Both the position numbers and the translations under genes were made by a program. From assembly GCA_964016885.1 (NCBI GenBank), contig OZ024740.1, positions 224,564,001-224,628,000 of the forward strand: a stretch of 64,000 nt of DNA. The letters run 5' to 3'. Below the pieces are notes generated by a model. The model had not been told where the DNA came from, did no database searches, and saw only the letters and a list, made by a program, of their open reading frames with translations. The DNA is from Eledone cirrhosa. Taxonomy: Eukaryota. Of the stretch, positions 1 to 14,577 are shown piece after piece; position 1 is the stretch's first letter; the number at the start of each line of letters is the position of its first letter.

Positions 1-76
1 CACCTCTCTATCCACCTCTTATTCATGAAATTTCTTCTGTCAGTCACCGCAACTATTTCTTTCATAACAATGATGG

Positions 77-112
77 TAACAACAACAACAACAACAACAA
101 CAACAATAATAT

Positions 113-153
<41 letters not shown>

Positions 154-183
154 GTATTACTACGACTACTACTACTACTAATG

Positions 184-241
<58 letters not shown>

Positions 242-284
242 GGTGGATGATGATGATGATGGTGATAACTATGATAATAATAAT
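77..284. repeat. Compound trinucleotide microsatellite (AAC)n(ACT)n(AAT)n(ATG)n
   Basis: Direct reading; it explains the spurious poly-T/L/I/M ORF 25..429. Confidence 0.95.
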
Positions 285-1213
285 ACAGAAAAAAAAATGG
301 GAGGCAATCAATAGGCTGTTTTTGGTTGCATGCAAATATCTGTCCACTAGAGAGAAGGAGGGTCTTGAAATAAGGGAGGTGGTATTGGTGCTGCTGCTGG
401 TAGACACAAGGCTGGTGCTGATAAAATAGAGGGTGGTGGTTGTTATAACAATAGTGACATGAGAAAAGAATCTAAGAATTTAGCAAGGCATCCCTCTGGC
501 AGCAAATTACAACTGCCAAGTCAATATAAGAAGCTGAGAGAAAGCAAAATCCTTCTAGTAAAGTTAATTCTTTTAATTCATTTTCCTCTTTGTAAACAAA
601 AGTAAACTCACAACCAACAGTAAAGAAATGGTTGTGCGTTTGCTTCAGACCACATGGTTTCAGGTTCTATTGAAATATGTAGAACCATGAACAAGTATCT
701 TCTGCCATAGCCATGAGTTGACCAATGCCTTGTCAGTGTTATTTAGAAATGAAACTGTGTGGATATACATACATATATACATACATGCATACGTGTGTGT
801 GTGTGAGCGTGTATGTCTGTTTATGCCCTGTAACTTTGTGGTCTAACAAAAAGGGATCGATAAACTAAGTACCAGAATTTTAAAACAAGTTCTTTGGTCG
901 ATATGCTCAAATAAATTCCTTCAAGGCAATGTTTAGCATGACCACAATTTAATGACTCAAACACATAAAATAAACGAGATTAAAATGAGACAAAATCAAC
1001 ACCAACAGAACTTAATTCATGACAGATTTCATTGTTTAACATTTGTTTATTATATTTTTTCTTTTATTTGCATTCAATAACTATCAGAATTTGCAAATAA
1101 AATATATTGGGGTTTTCTTGGCTTAATTTTATTTGAATACTGTATGAATGTATATTTGGTTTCTTCACTGCTCCTTCAGTGTTTCCATCTGTATCTTTTT
1201 TCTTTCTTGTGTG

Positions 1214-1263
<50 letters not shown>

Positions 1264-1476
1264 GAATGAATAATGACATGGTCGGCTGTACAATACGGTT
1301 TATTAACAATTGTTTCATTAATCCGTTAAAACTATCCTTGATACAAAGTACTCATATCCTCTAGGTGGATTACCTTAAATGATATCTTGTTATCTTATAT
1401 ATATATAAATATTTATATATATCGTTTCTGAATTTGTTTAGCAAGTTTCTTTATCTGAAAACGTGTGTTGAAACCG

Positions 1477-2312
1477 ATATTGTTATACTTTGGGAGTGTC
1501 ATGTTGCCAATAAGGTCCTTTTCAAAGACCTCCCTGTATAGATAAGAAATGTATAATCTGTAAATTAAGCCCCCACATTAACTGTAAAACTAGAAATGTA
1601 GTATATAGCATAAGATGTACTGAAGGACAATGTAGAGATAAAAATATAGTGTACATAGGTGAGACAGCTCGTAGTATAGGGGAACGGATAAATGAACACT
1701 GGCGAGACCTTCAAGATAGTAAAGAATCACCTGTACTCTACCAACATGCTAAAATAGAACATAGGGGTAAATTAGAGAACATAGAAATAAAAATAGAATC
1801 TACACACAGAAAAGACGCAATGTTTAGACAAATCACAGAGGCAATAAACATAAATGAACTCCAACCAAAATTAAATAGAAAATATGAGTGGAACAGCAAC
1901 ATCACAACTTACAATTAAGGACAAAATGAAAACACACACGCACAGAGAACAAACAACCAACCAGTAACATGTAAATAAACAAATAAATAAACGAATATAA
2001 ACACACACAGACACCCGGATGTAACACATGCGCAAACCAAGCACACAACACACATACAAAAACAAGATGGTGTAGGACAGAACAAAGGAGGGGCACAAAA
2101 ACAAAGAAAAGAATCCCCAGTCACTGAAGAGGTCACAGAATGTGTGACAAAAGAACTTTGACAATATATAAACAATCATCTGGTTGTGGAACCAACCAAC
2201 CGGAAATTTATAAATTCCTAAATTTATAAATTTATTATAATAAATTGAAGTGAAAGCAACTGGTGTGTGTGTTTCTTATTGGCAACATGACCCTCCCAAA
2301 GTATAACAATAT
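1477..2312 (+). mobile_element. 5'-truncated Penelope-like element (GIY-YIG end plus pseudo-LTR) with short inverted terminal duplication
   Basis: Frame reads CIICKLSPHINCKTRNVVYSIRC...VYIGETARSIGERINEH (GIY-YIG) to the stop at 1918. A 38 bp inverted repeat lies at 1477-1514 / 2275-2312 (1 mismatch). The element ends in (TA)n. Confidence 0.85.
2120..2162 (+). ncRNA. Degenerate type-I hammerhead ribozyme in PLE 3' region
   Basis: gtca-CTGAAGA-g-gtcaca-gaatg-tgtgac-AAAA-gaac-TT-tgac. Stem I is gtca/tgac and stem II is gtcaca/tgtgac; GAAA is mutated to AAAA. Confidence 0.6.
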
Positions 2313-5300
2313 TTATATATATATATATATATATTGGAGTCTTTAAGAATATTTATTTACAATGACTTATAACTGCCGGTTTCACAAGTTTCATGATTTC
2401 CGGAAGTTAAGAAAGATGGAGTGATGTGTGGATATGCCAATTTGTAACTTGAATCTAACTGATGTTGAGAATTTCTTTCAATTATGTGGAAAACATTTGG
2501 CTCATATATATATATCAGATATGGTGTGTTAAAACAGCAGGTGGACCATAAGCCACCAGAGTACTGGATACTTGGGGCAGTAGAGGGGGTAATATGAACA
2601 AATTTAGGACACCAATGGCTAAGCTCTGGGCGTTTTGACAGCTAGATCTGAACGCATTGGATCTCGGAACACGGCCTATAAATTAGAAGGTTTAAGTTAA
2701 ATATAATATAGATATAACTACAGATTTGCTGAAAAAAAGAATTAAGTATATGTTTTGACTATTCTTTTATACAGAAAAAGCATAATAGATTATCTTTATG
2801 CATTTTAAAAATGTTGGTCTCTTCTCCAGATGATAACTATCCTACTATTCGGTAAACATTGACAAGTTCAGTTGTCATCAGATTAAACTTTGTATTGAAT
2901 GCTTCAAAAGATCAATAAAATATATTCCTCTCAAGAATTAAAATGAACCTCATCAATAGTATACTTCTGTCATAAATCTGTTATTTTCAAACAATACTAT
3001 ATATATTATGTATAAGTTGCAATGATAGATAAGTCAGATTTCCATTTTACATACAAAATTTACAAAGTACCATATATTTTGAATTGAGTTCTTATAGATC
3101 CAGTATAAATCATGTGTTGGTTTTTCTTGATATATTTTTGTGGGAAAAAGATAAGTCAACTTTATCTTTCATCTTTCTAGGGTCGATAAAATACATATCA
3201 GAAATGAACTGGTGTCAACAGAGTTGCATAATTCCTCCCCTTATATTTCTGTTCTAGTGCTTTCACCAGAACTAATGTAGCATATTTTTCAGCCAATAAT
3301 CTGAAATGGACACACTTCCTATATGCAAACCTTGAACCGCATATCTGATGATTCGTATAAATTTTTTGTATTTATGTAGATGCTATAATTATGAATGTTT
3401 ATTTCATTTAATTAATCATACAGAAAAGGACTGTAAATGCCATAACTGAGAGTAATAAAAGGGGAAGAGCAATGGCTACTAGACAAGTGAAGAGGGAAGG
3501 GGAAAGAGTAACAGACTCTACATCTATGTTAGAGAGGTGTTTCTGCTGTGCCTCACAGACAAAATAGAAAAGGCATTTCTGCAGACAATGGCCAGGAACA
3601 CAGGCTGCAACAGCCAATTATGTATCATCTTTTGTATGAAGATTAAACAGACGAAATGTTTCCTAATTAGTGCATGTTTGTTAATATCTAAAGATTGTAG
3701 ATATGGATACGCAATGGTAGTCTGAAAGAGTGGTAAATTCACATATCTACAGGGCGTACCACTTGTGGTATGCTTTGTTGATCTTTAACAGTGAAAGTGT
3801 TGAGAAAAAGCAACAATATATTCTGATCTACATAGACATCATACTTTATTGCTTCCCATTTTTCTTTATCTTTTTTATGCTTATGTTGCCTCCCATTGAT
3901 CATCCCTATTTTTATATATTCTATTTCATTTTATTTTAATTATATTTTTATTTTTATATTTACTTATCTTTGTATGTCATGTTTTTTTTTTTCCACCATA
4001 AGTATTAGATACTTCCCCTAGTCTATCATGGCTTACTAACTCTATGTGGATGTTAAGATTGATTAAATAAATAAATATTAATGAAACTGTTGTTTTGTTC
4101 TAATATTTCATCAGAAATATTTATGTGGGCTGAAAACTTACCACAATCTGAAAATTAAAAATTGATGAGGAACTACATCTTTAATTGCTGTATTTCACAA
4201 ATATTTGGAATCATAATAGATTGTGATAATTGTAGGTTCACATTTATCATCACCATCATATTCATCATTACCGTTTAACATCCATTTTCCCACTCTAACA
4301 TGGGTTAGAGGAGTAGACTCTTTGAGAGATAAGCCAGGTCAGGTGACCATGTCTTGCTCATATAGAACTGATTTTGGCTTGGTTTCTAGGATTGGACTCC
4401 CTAACACCAACCACATTTACAATGTGTACTAGGTGCTTTTCACCATGACACCTACACAACCATTTTAAAGTGGTGAGTGCTTTTTGTCATGACACCTACA
4501 CCACCACATCACAATATACTGCCTAAACGATTTCTACATTAAAGCAGTGAAGGTTTTTTTAAATTTATTATTATTGTGGGGTTTTTTTTGGGGGGGGGGG
4601 GGGGTAAAACAACTCATAACTCTCAAACAGCTGCAAACAAAATCCTAGAACCAATTTTTTCAAGCCTTTATACTTCTACCTAAAAAGTTAAAAAATAATT
4701 GTTTCATGCTTTCATTAAAATTATAATTAACAATCAAGGAATCTTTCATTGAGTGTGGAAGTACTGATGACTTAATCATGATAATACTGCTGAGAAGAGT
4801 AGTTTACTCATTAAACCCTTTAGAGATAACATTTTCATTGTGTTAGCAGAGCTTATCTCCCTAATTGTGGTGACATATAAAGTTGACAACTTTTCCATGC
4901 TGGCAAAGTTTGGATGGAACCTTTTGCTTTACACATAGATGCCCTTCCTGGCACCAACCCATTTATTTGCTTCTAATGTCATGGTGAGATGCAGTGTACC
5001 TCTTCTAAACCAGATATAAACAACAATCTCTGCTAGTTGTATACAGTCTTTGCTCAGATGTTTTGTTTAGTCATAATTTCATGCCTTATTATTCATTAGT
5101 AACATCTAAATCTAATGATGCCAAACTTTTGCTTGACTGATGATTTCTCCTGCTAGACCTTTCATTTAATTTAACGCTAAATGTGAAACCCTATAATGAC
5201 TCATAATCAAGGGTATTCTCTGGATGACTGCAAATTCATACAAGGTGTAAATTACCTAATCAAAGAAAGCATCATTAGAACTGAGTACTTCACTGTGAGA

Positions 5301-5499
5301 GCTCTGATTATAGTTATGAATATGAAACTCACACATAATGCTTTGTCATTGATTTCTCAATCCCTATCAACATTTATACACTTGATATGATGTCAATGCC
5401 TAACATTTGACAGAGTCTAACCAATGCTAGCATGGGATAGTAGATGTAAAATGAGGATAATTATACTCTATTACATTAATTATCTAGCAAGGTTGATAT

Positions 5500-5960
5500 G
5501 GAACACACTACCATCATTTCTTCTGCTATACATAAGTTACCGGTGCCATAAGAAGGATCCTCCTCCTGCTCACCCTGTCAAACAGTATTGTCTGAATTCC
5601 CTTGCCTCCAACCCATCTTCAAGGACAGCCTTCAGCATTGTGGTCTCCTAACTCGTCTACACATATCAGGTTTCCAGAAAAGAACTCTGCCAGCAAGTTC
5701 AGCATAATATTTCACATGTCCAGCTAATGGGAGCCTCCTACGTCTTATGATGTCAGGAAGGTGAAGGTATGAGCCATAGAGGGATTTCTATGCTACGTGT
5801 TTTCTCCAGGATATGATCTGGACCTTTCTCGTCATCGGGGTGAATGTGCCATTAATCCTCTTTGTGAGTGTTTTTGTCAGTAGAGGAGAATGGACTCAAC
5901 CATTGCTTTGAATAGCCTCATACAGCTTGGCTCTAAGAAAAATTGTTGAAAGGATACCAA
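5500..5960 (-). mobile_element. Degraded RTE-type LINE 3' fragment
   Basis: Minus frame reads IISWRKHV*KSLYG...IIRRRRLPLAGHV...VLFWKP, resembling the RTE ORF C-terminus. Confidence 0.6.
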
Positions 5961-6996
5961 CACTACTGGCAATTAATTATCATTTTACTGCTTTCAAATC
6001 TTGGAATAATTGTATCAGTATACAAGAGTTTCAATTTGCATTACAAAGAGAGTGGAGTGTTTTCAATGAGTGATGAAACAAATTATCTCACAGAATAGCA
6101 ATGAATCTGCCTATTGGGGTTTAGATGACATCTTTGAATGTGGCGACTACGATATATTTTTGGTAGGTATGTGTCAAATATTTTATTATAACTGTTTCTA
6201 GTAAAATAAAAATTGTTTTTGATAAAATAAACAACAATTTCCTTGGATATTGCATTGAAAATAATGACTGACTTTGAAAGGCGAATTTGTCCTAAATTCC
6301 TTAAACGCTTATACTTCTAAAAATGAAATACAAGAAACCATTGTACAGCTAGTTTATCACAGTAAATAGGTAGTACATATTTCATACAAAATAAGGCTTA
6401 AAAATTACCACTTTTCTTTTTTCTCAAAAAGCTGTTGTTGCTTTAATTTGACAAGAAAATTACTTACATTCATGCTGTTAACATTTCCATGCCGTTTACA
6501 ATTGAGACGAACATATAAGACACAGCTCTAGCTGCAACACTGACACAAAGTGTGCATTCAATTATTTATTTTTCTCTTGCATCGTCTCCAAAAGAGAATC
6601 GTTGTAATTGTCCATTCAGAAAAAAACCCCAATGCAATTGTTCTGTTAAGATTCACAGAAGTATGATCAATGGCAAGGACACAATAGTCTCTCTAGTATT
6701 GGCACCATGATAAAACACAACCTGTACATTCTGTAAAGTGGTTACTGAAATGAAGAGAATTCAGCCTTAGAAAACCTACTGCATACATGGTCAAGAGGAC
6801 TGTTCAATTGTGTCAAAAGCATGATAACCTCCCTAGTGTTCGCGCCACAATAAAATAAACTCAGTTCACTCTATAGTGTAAGGGAACATAATTAAAATGC
6901 TCCACCAGTCCTATCTGAGAAATCTGTGGCTCTGGCTATGTTAACTACTCACTTGATCTTTGATGACCTGTGTATCACTTGCTAGTAGGGAAAGCT

Positions 6997-7345
6997 TCTT
7001 CTTCTTCTTCTTCTTTGTCCACTTATTCCTGTGAGAAGCACTCATTTCCAACTGATCCAGCTGGATCCCCAAGCTCATGGATGTTATCCAACCATCGTGC
7101 TCGGGCTCTACCCTTGGGTCTCCTGCCAGTTGGTTTTGCCCATAAAATCTATTCATCGATTCCTTCCTGAGACATTCTAACCACATTCCCATAGTATCAA
7201 AGCTGTGATCTCTCAATTTGGAGAAGTAGCGACATGATCTGGAATGACTCTCTGATCTTTGAGCTATGCACTCTTTCCAGTATCACTGCTCCAAAGACCC
7301 TTTGAAGGAATGCTATTTTGGCTGGTTGTAGTAGGCAAAGCAGGT
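6997..7345 (-). mobile_element. RTE-type LINE 3' fragment with (GAA)n tail
   Basis: Minus frame ILWAKPTGRRPKGRARARWLDNI (RTE C-terminal GxRPxGRPxxRW-like motif), followed by a short (GAA)n tail seen as (CTT)n on the plus strand. Confidence 0.75.
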
Positions 7346-7502
7346 ATTAAATAATAATTACGTCAGTTACCCCCGTATCAGTAATTGAATTAGGTTTGGT
7401 TGTTGTTATGCTGAGAGTGTTTTGGACATGGTTTGAGTGGTGCGATTTATTTTAATTTGTTTAGCACAGTATATGGATACGGTTGAGTGTAGGTATATGA
7501 AA

Positions 7503-7704
7503 TACGAGGGTCAGCCGAAAAGTTCATAGATTGACCAAGATACTCTCATGGAATGACCAAATATAATGTATTTTTCTACATAGCCCCTAGAAAGATATAA
7601 TGCAGTTAGTCATAAGAAGAGTTAAAATTATTGCATGCAACATGTCAAAGCTGTAGCATCAATCCTTCATAGTCAGCCTTTGAACTGTTCAGCTGATTTT
7701 TGTA
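7503..7704. mobile_element. Tc1/mariner-type MITE
   Basis: Starts TA-CGAGGGTCAGCCGAAAAGTTCATAGATTGAC and ends with the degenerate inverse GTCAGCCTTTGAACTGTTCAGCTGATTTTTG-TA. A copy of the right end recurs near 23270-23311. Confidence 0.65.
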
Positions 7705-8056
7705 TGTTTGCTTGAATTCATCTACAGCATTGGTTTGGTGTTGATTTGTTTGCATTCAAGTTAAGGCAATTAACAGTCATATCATCAACATCATCACCAT
7801 TTAAAATCCGTTTTTCCACGTTAGCATAGGTTAGACAAATTGTCCCATTGTGATACAAGTCAGATCAGATGATCATGCCTTGCTCATAAAGAACTGATTT
7901 TGGCTTAGTTTCTATGGTTGGATGCCGTTCCTAAAGCCAACCACATTAAGAGTGTGTACTGAGTGCTTTTTTACTTTCCCACCTATATGACCACTTTAAA
8001 GTGTGGCCTGCAGTCTGGGGTGTGGAAAGGGCATATGGATGGAAGGAGTGTATATA

Positions 8057-8547
<491 letters not shown>

Positions 8548-10808
8548 AAAGGATAACAAGGACGATTGACCCTCCCTAGCCGGCAGTGCAGACAGCACCA
8601 CACATAACTGTCTAGGAGATAAAGCCATACTCTCCAACCCCAATAACGACTCCGACTATCGCGCACGTTTGCGTACCAATAGAGACAAAGGACATAACGG
8701 CAATAGATTACTTGGAACCACTATGAAACATACGCCTGACCAAAACACATACAAACTACCACCCAACCACAGAAACCGAAGTAGACCTGTCACATGGTAT
8801 AACGCCCCTATTCCATACACGTCGCCACTAACATACCGGGAACCTTCTTCAGGCCTCCCGAACAATCTTTTGCACGCACACACAAATACCACAAGCTCTT
8901 CAATAGACACACCGTAAAATTATCTTTCTCCACAACACCAAACCTAGGCCACACAATAGCACACACTAATAGGGCAAAAATACGAAAACACATGGTTTCC
9001 CCGCAACAAACCACCACCACAACCCAGAGACGAAACCACACACACAACACAATACAACAACCCACACACCACACCCACACCGCATGACACCAACCTCCAC
9101 CGTGCCACCACACCGGTTACACCCAACTGCAACTGCAAAAAACGGGCCGAATGCCCACTAAACGGGGAGTGCCTCGTTAAGAATCTTGTTGCAATAAGGA
9201 GTACTCGTATATAGGTGCGACATCCACTACGTTTAAGGAGCGCTGGTATAACCATAGAAGCTCCTTCAAACATAGACTGAAACGACCCCAAACCAAACTG
9301 GCCGACTTGATCTGGGACCTCAAGGAAAAGAATATTGAACCCCAGATTTCGTGGTCAGTGAAAAGACGCGTGGCATATATCTCCAGTGACAGAAACCACT
9401 GCAGATTATGCCTGGCTGAGGCGGCGGAAATAATTAAATTAAAATCCGCCATAAACTATAGGTCGGACATAATTGTCAATTGCAGACACACCAGGATGAA
9501 CACCTTTTCTGCACAAACATTCGGGGGAGGGCCACGCACTAACCATGACCCACCATAATAATAACCACATCTGCCCCGTATCACCATCGCCCATCTCAAC
9601 GAATTTATTAATTTTAATTTTAATTTTAATTTTAATTTAATTTTATTTTATTTTACTTTATCTTATTTATTGTATTGCATGTAACCATCTGTAAGCCCGT
9701 TTTTTTGTATATCAAACCGCATACATCACCCACACCACAAATCACACTAACCATGACCCAGCATATTACTAACCACCTCTACACCGTCTCACCATCGCCC
9801 ATCTCAGTGAACCTATTTCATTGTACTGCATGTAACCATTTCTAAGCCCGCATTTGTATATCATACCGCATACATCACCGCCACCAAAATGCACATCACC
9901 ATACACCCCTCATCGTTGCAACATCGTATTAGATCGGTCTCCTATAATAGGTTTTACCTTACAATCCATAATAAGGGATCATGTAAATACAATGTCGATC
10001 ATATCACACCATCGCCACCACCACCACACCACACATCGTCATATGTCTACCATACACACCTACAACCTTATCCGCCCCCCCCCGTTCTCTCTGTCTACCC
10101 TAACCTACAACCCCACGCTAAATTCGACCCTGTAAATGTACTGTCGCACGCACACACAACCACCGCCACCACTAGATACATACACATACTTCAACAATCA
10201 TTAACATCATTAGCATCATCAACACATATCATCCCTCGCTCACAGATCGACTGTATTATACCCCCCCCCCGTCTGCCTTACCTTGTAACACACCGTAACT
10301 TCTGATCATGTAATCATCTTGTCGAACATATCACCCCAGTACCACCACCACCACCTTGACCACAACACACACCGCCATACATCCATAAACTCTTCTCCCC
10401 CGCGTTCCCTATGTCACCTTTTAACCGGTAACCCATCGCACCATTCGATCCTGTATATATTTTTGTCGCTCACAACTCCACCACCACAAGACACAACTCC
10501 ATACTTCATCAACACCGCCAACACATACCTCCACTTCCCAACCAACGCAAGTGTGTGTGTCTGTGTGTAAGTATTTTTTACATATACCGGCGTATAAATA
10601 TGCGTGCGTGTACGCATATTTATATGTATATATATATGTGTATGTGCACACATATATATATATATATGTGTATATATGCAAAAGTTTTATTTAAGATGGT
10701 TGGGTTACAACGAGTAAATATTTTATAACTGATATAAAAGCACTCAACAGTTTCTGGAGTAGGTTTACGATATTAAACAAATGGAAACTATATTTATAAA
10801 ACCATATT

Positions 10809-10875
10809 TATTTCGTTTTATATATTTCAGGGATATCATATTAAAAAATATGGTATGCCTTCCTCAGACAAAATA
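10809..10875 (-). ncRNA. Type-I hammerhead ribozyme motif (probably inactive)
   Basis: Reverse-complement partner of 11017-11082, but the cleavage triplet is mutated (GAAA-tatata-AA instead of -TA). Confidence 0.6.
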
Positions 10876-11016
10876 CAATACATAAGCTGTTTTATAAATA
10901 ATTTTTGACATACCTTTTAAATAATGCAACTTCCATTTAAAAATCAACTTTTTAAATGGAAGTTGCATTATTTAAAAGCAATGTCAAAAATTATTTATAA
11001 AACAGCTTATGTATTG

Positions 11017-11082
11017 TATTTTGTCTGAGGAAGGCATACCATATTTTTAATATGATATCCCTGAAATATATATAACGAAATA
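11017..11082 (+). ncRNA. Type-I hammerhead ribozyme motif
   Basis: tattttgt-CTGAGGA-aggcatacc...gatatccct-GAAA-tatata-TA-acgaaata. Stem I is 8 bp (one G-U), the core is intact and the minimal stem III is palindromic. Confidence 0.75.
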
Positions 11083-12343
11083 AATATGGTTTTATAAATA
11101 TAGTTTCCATTTGTTTAATATCGTATATGTGTATATATATATATATGTATGTGTATGTATGTGTGTGTATGTCTACATATATGTATATAGGTGAATATGA
11201 GTGTATGTGTACGTGAGCTTGTATATGTGCATGTATGTGTATATGTGCGTGTGTGTGTGTGTCTGTATATGTGTGTATATATATGTGTGAGTATACGTGT
11301 GTGTGAGTGTGTGTATGTGTATATTTCGTATACATGCGTGTGCGTGCATGTGCCCATATCCATATGTGTGTATGAGTATATGTATGTGTATGTATATATG
11401 TATAACACCTTCTCCATTGCCTGTCACCTTCCCTCCATCTTTGTCCTTCGCCACCCCCACCGATACTCCCCCACTCTCCATATTTGTGACCGCATGCGCG
11501 CATGCACATACATGTGTGTACATATACATATGGCTGTGTGTGAGCGTGTGACGACATGTGAGGGCAAGGGTGTGCGTAAGTGTTTTGTGTTGTGTGTGTT
11601 TATACAACAATATATGTGCACATATATACATATATGTGTGCGCGTATACGTATATACAAGGTATCTGTCAGACGAAGAGCGTCTAACTATGTATCTATGT
11701 AAGGACTTGACACCACCGATACATCCACCACACCACCACAAACGCCATTACCATAAACAACAACACCACTACCCCCCCCCCCCCCCCCCAACATACACAC
11801 ACACGCCAACCCGTCTACTGACCTCATACCACGGCCCATCCCACTAAGCGACCATAACCACCATCATATCATCACATCCGCCCCCACATACTCTACACGC
11901 CAAGACCAACCCGCCACCACCACACCACAGCCCATCTCATCCACCGACCGTCACCAACATCTCACCATCACATCCACCCCCATATACACTACAGGCCAGT
12001 ACATCGCCTTGATCCTCCCACCAATCAAAACAACTCATTTTGTCAAACTCTTGAAACTGTCTTTACCACATAACATGTATTTCATTTTCTTATAACATTT
12101 TAAGAGGGTCCGTCGTGCTGCCGATTATTGAGTCGGGTAGGATCGATATAGATCGAACCTTGAGCTGATCAGTGGCGAAACGCGCGTCACCTATTAATAA
12201 ATGCAATGAAGGAATAATCAAACGTCCTTGTTATCCTTTCAATATATTACACTCTGTATAGCTCTACACCTCATCACAGAAGTGAACCTAAACATCGAGT
12301 GCTCTCGCGGGTGAACCTGCAGTAACTCCTAGTTACATCCCTT

Positions 12344-12410
<67 letters not shown>

Positions 12411-13499
12411 AGGAATTTATCAGTTTTAAACAAAGTTTGATTTACTGCCATGCATCCTGTTTCACTCATGGACTCACCCCTCCTCCCTAATTTCTTTAAT
12501 ATTACACATATACGTTCGTGCTTACTTTTTTACCTTTTTACTCGTCGCATTTCCCCTGTCCATTATCACACAAGCACTTGTACATTCACCTCTAGATTCT
12601 TATAGCTCTCTTATGGTCAGAAACATACTCTCACAGCTGATACAGACCAACAAAATATGCACAGACACCTCTACGTTTCCCTTCACAGCTCTGTATACAC
12701 ACACACACTCATTTATATTAACATACTTTTGCTCACAACTTCGTACTTACAAGCCCACACACGCTCTTTTGCTTACATATGCACACAAATATCCCAGCAA
12801 ATGTGTGTGTGGAAGACCAGCTGTCATGGATGCATACCAGTCACCCCTCTGTACACCATTGATTTTGTCCAAGGGAATGGCAAATGCCAATACAGCTTGG
12901 TACCAATGACATCACTACTTATTTCTACAGCTGAGTGAACTGGAACAACATGAAATAAAGTGCTTTGCACAAGAACACAACGCACAACCCAGTTCAAGAA
13001 TCAAATTTACAACCTCAAGTTTGTAAGCTCAAAGCTCTAACCATTAAGCCATACCCCTTCGCTTATATTATGATGGCTGCAAACTCTGCTAAGAGTATTG
13101 CAATTGCTTGTCAGATTACAGAAAATGGTGTACTTTTAGGCTACGACCAGCCACACGACCTGTAACAGATCCTGAACATACATACATACATACATACAAA
13201 CAGACAGACAAGCAGACATACGGATATACATATCTCAAAGACATTGATCATACTTCTGTGATTCTTAGCAATACATTTAAAATTGCTAAATCTGAGAATG
13301 GGAAGGATTCCCCAGTATAACTTAAATATATTTAAATATATTAAATATATTTTCCAGTCAATTTGGCTTTCTGCAATAAGTTTGAACGAATGGGGACATT
13401 GTACATTTAATAATTACATATAATTTTCAAGTGTTCAATAATTGGTGAACCATGCTGATGAATGGGGTTAAGAATGTAAGGAAAAGTGACTGAATGATA

Positions 13500-13550
<51 letters not shown>

Positions 13551-14324
13551 GGATATTGAGGTGGGAGATCGCAAAATAGTGAAAAGGGAGAGTAAAGGAA
13601 TAGCATGACGAGAGATTGAAAAATATAGAAAGTGGAGAGTGAGGGGGTATAGGAAGAAGAAAGTGAGAAATATAGAAAGTGGAGAGAGTGATGTGTATAA
13701 GAAGAAAATGAGGAATAGAAAGAGGAGGGAGTGATGGGTATAAGAAAAATAAGAAAGTGTGAGGTATAGAAAGAGGAAAGAGAGGAATAAAAGAGGAGTG
13801 AGTTTGGAGCAAAGAGAAGAGAGATTTCTTTTGGCAATTCATGTAATTCATCTCATATTGCAATATGCTTTTTTGTTTTTCTATTTTGTTTTCTTTTTCA
13901 TTTCACCATTATTACTGCTTTTCTTCTCTTTCAGCACATATCTCAAGATAATCTCTTTAGGAAATGGCATTTTCTTCAGCTCAGATTTGTTTCAGTTTCT
14001 TGCATGAAGCCAAACATTTGCTGATTCTGTCTCAAAATAATGACAATAATTATAAAACTCCATAATCTTAAAGCTAAACTCTATTTAAAGAGATCCCTCA
14101 GCAATATTTTAGCATAGAATTCTTTCGCTTTCAGTTTTATACAATAAATGTTGTTCATTTAACATGTTTATCCTTTAAGGATTAGAAATAATTCCTGTTT
14201 GTAAGCTGTTTTATCAATCAAGTGAAACTTTGTTATCCAACATTTACAGAAATTTAAGGTATTACTATACTACACTGTTTTCACTTCATTAAAATCCAAT
14301 GCCAAAATGTAAGATGAAAATAAT

Positions 14325-14577
14325 TGTTTCTACGTTTGGCAAAGGCCAGCAATTACCCAGTGCATTACTGGTACTTTATTTTATCGACCCCGTAAGGATG
14401 AAAGGCAAAGTTAACCTCGGCGGGATTTGAACTCAGAATGGCAAGGGCCGTAACTCTATACGTAAGATGAAAATAATTGTTTCTACTTTAGGCACAAGGC
14501 CAGCAATTACCCAGTGCATTACTGGTACCTTATTTTATCGACCCCGTAAGGATGAAAGGCAAAGTTAACCTCGGCGG
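14325..14577 (-). mobile_element. Two tandem 5'-truncated SINE copies (family A)
   Basis: Both match the SINE at 36269-36460. They are separated and flanked by three copies of GATGAAAATAAT (14313, 14466, 14578). Confidence 0.85.

Larger units (their letters stand above)
10678..11125. mobile_element. Non-coding palindromic PLE-type element with a hammerhead motif on each arm (copy 1)
   Basis: Arms 10766-10943 and 10949-11125 are near-perfect reverse complements, with an unpaired ~88 bp tail at 10678-10765. It is homologous to 43455-43895 in the opposite orientation and nested in a TA/TG tract of the PLE 3' UTR. Confidence 0.85.

Noticed and set aside
25-429. 134 aa hydrophobic ORF
   Set aside because: Translation of trinucleotide microsatellites; no domain content.
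1258-1470. Minus-strand GAAA-caattg-TT and hairpins between TA runs
   Set aside because: No recognisable CTGANGA core, so it is too degenerate to call a ribozyme.
2337-2420. Minus-strand taact...GAAA-ccgg-c-agtta hammerhead-like spacing
   Set aside because: The first core box and U16.1 are missing.
6094-6166. Possible host exon (cag...gtaggt/gtatgt; NSNESAYWGLDDIFECGDYDIFL)
   Set aside because: No polypyrimidine tract, no recognisable protein and no partner exons.
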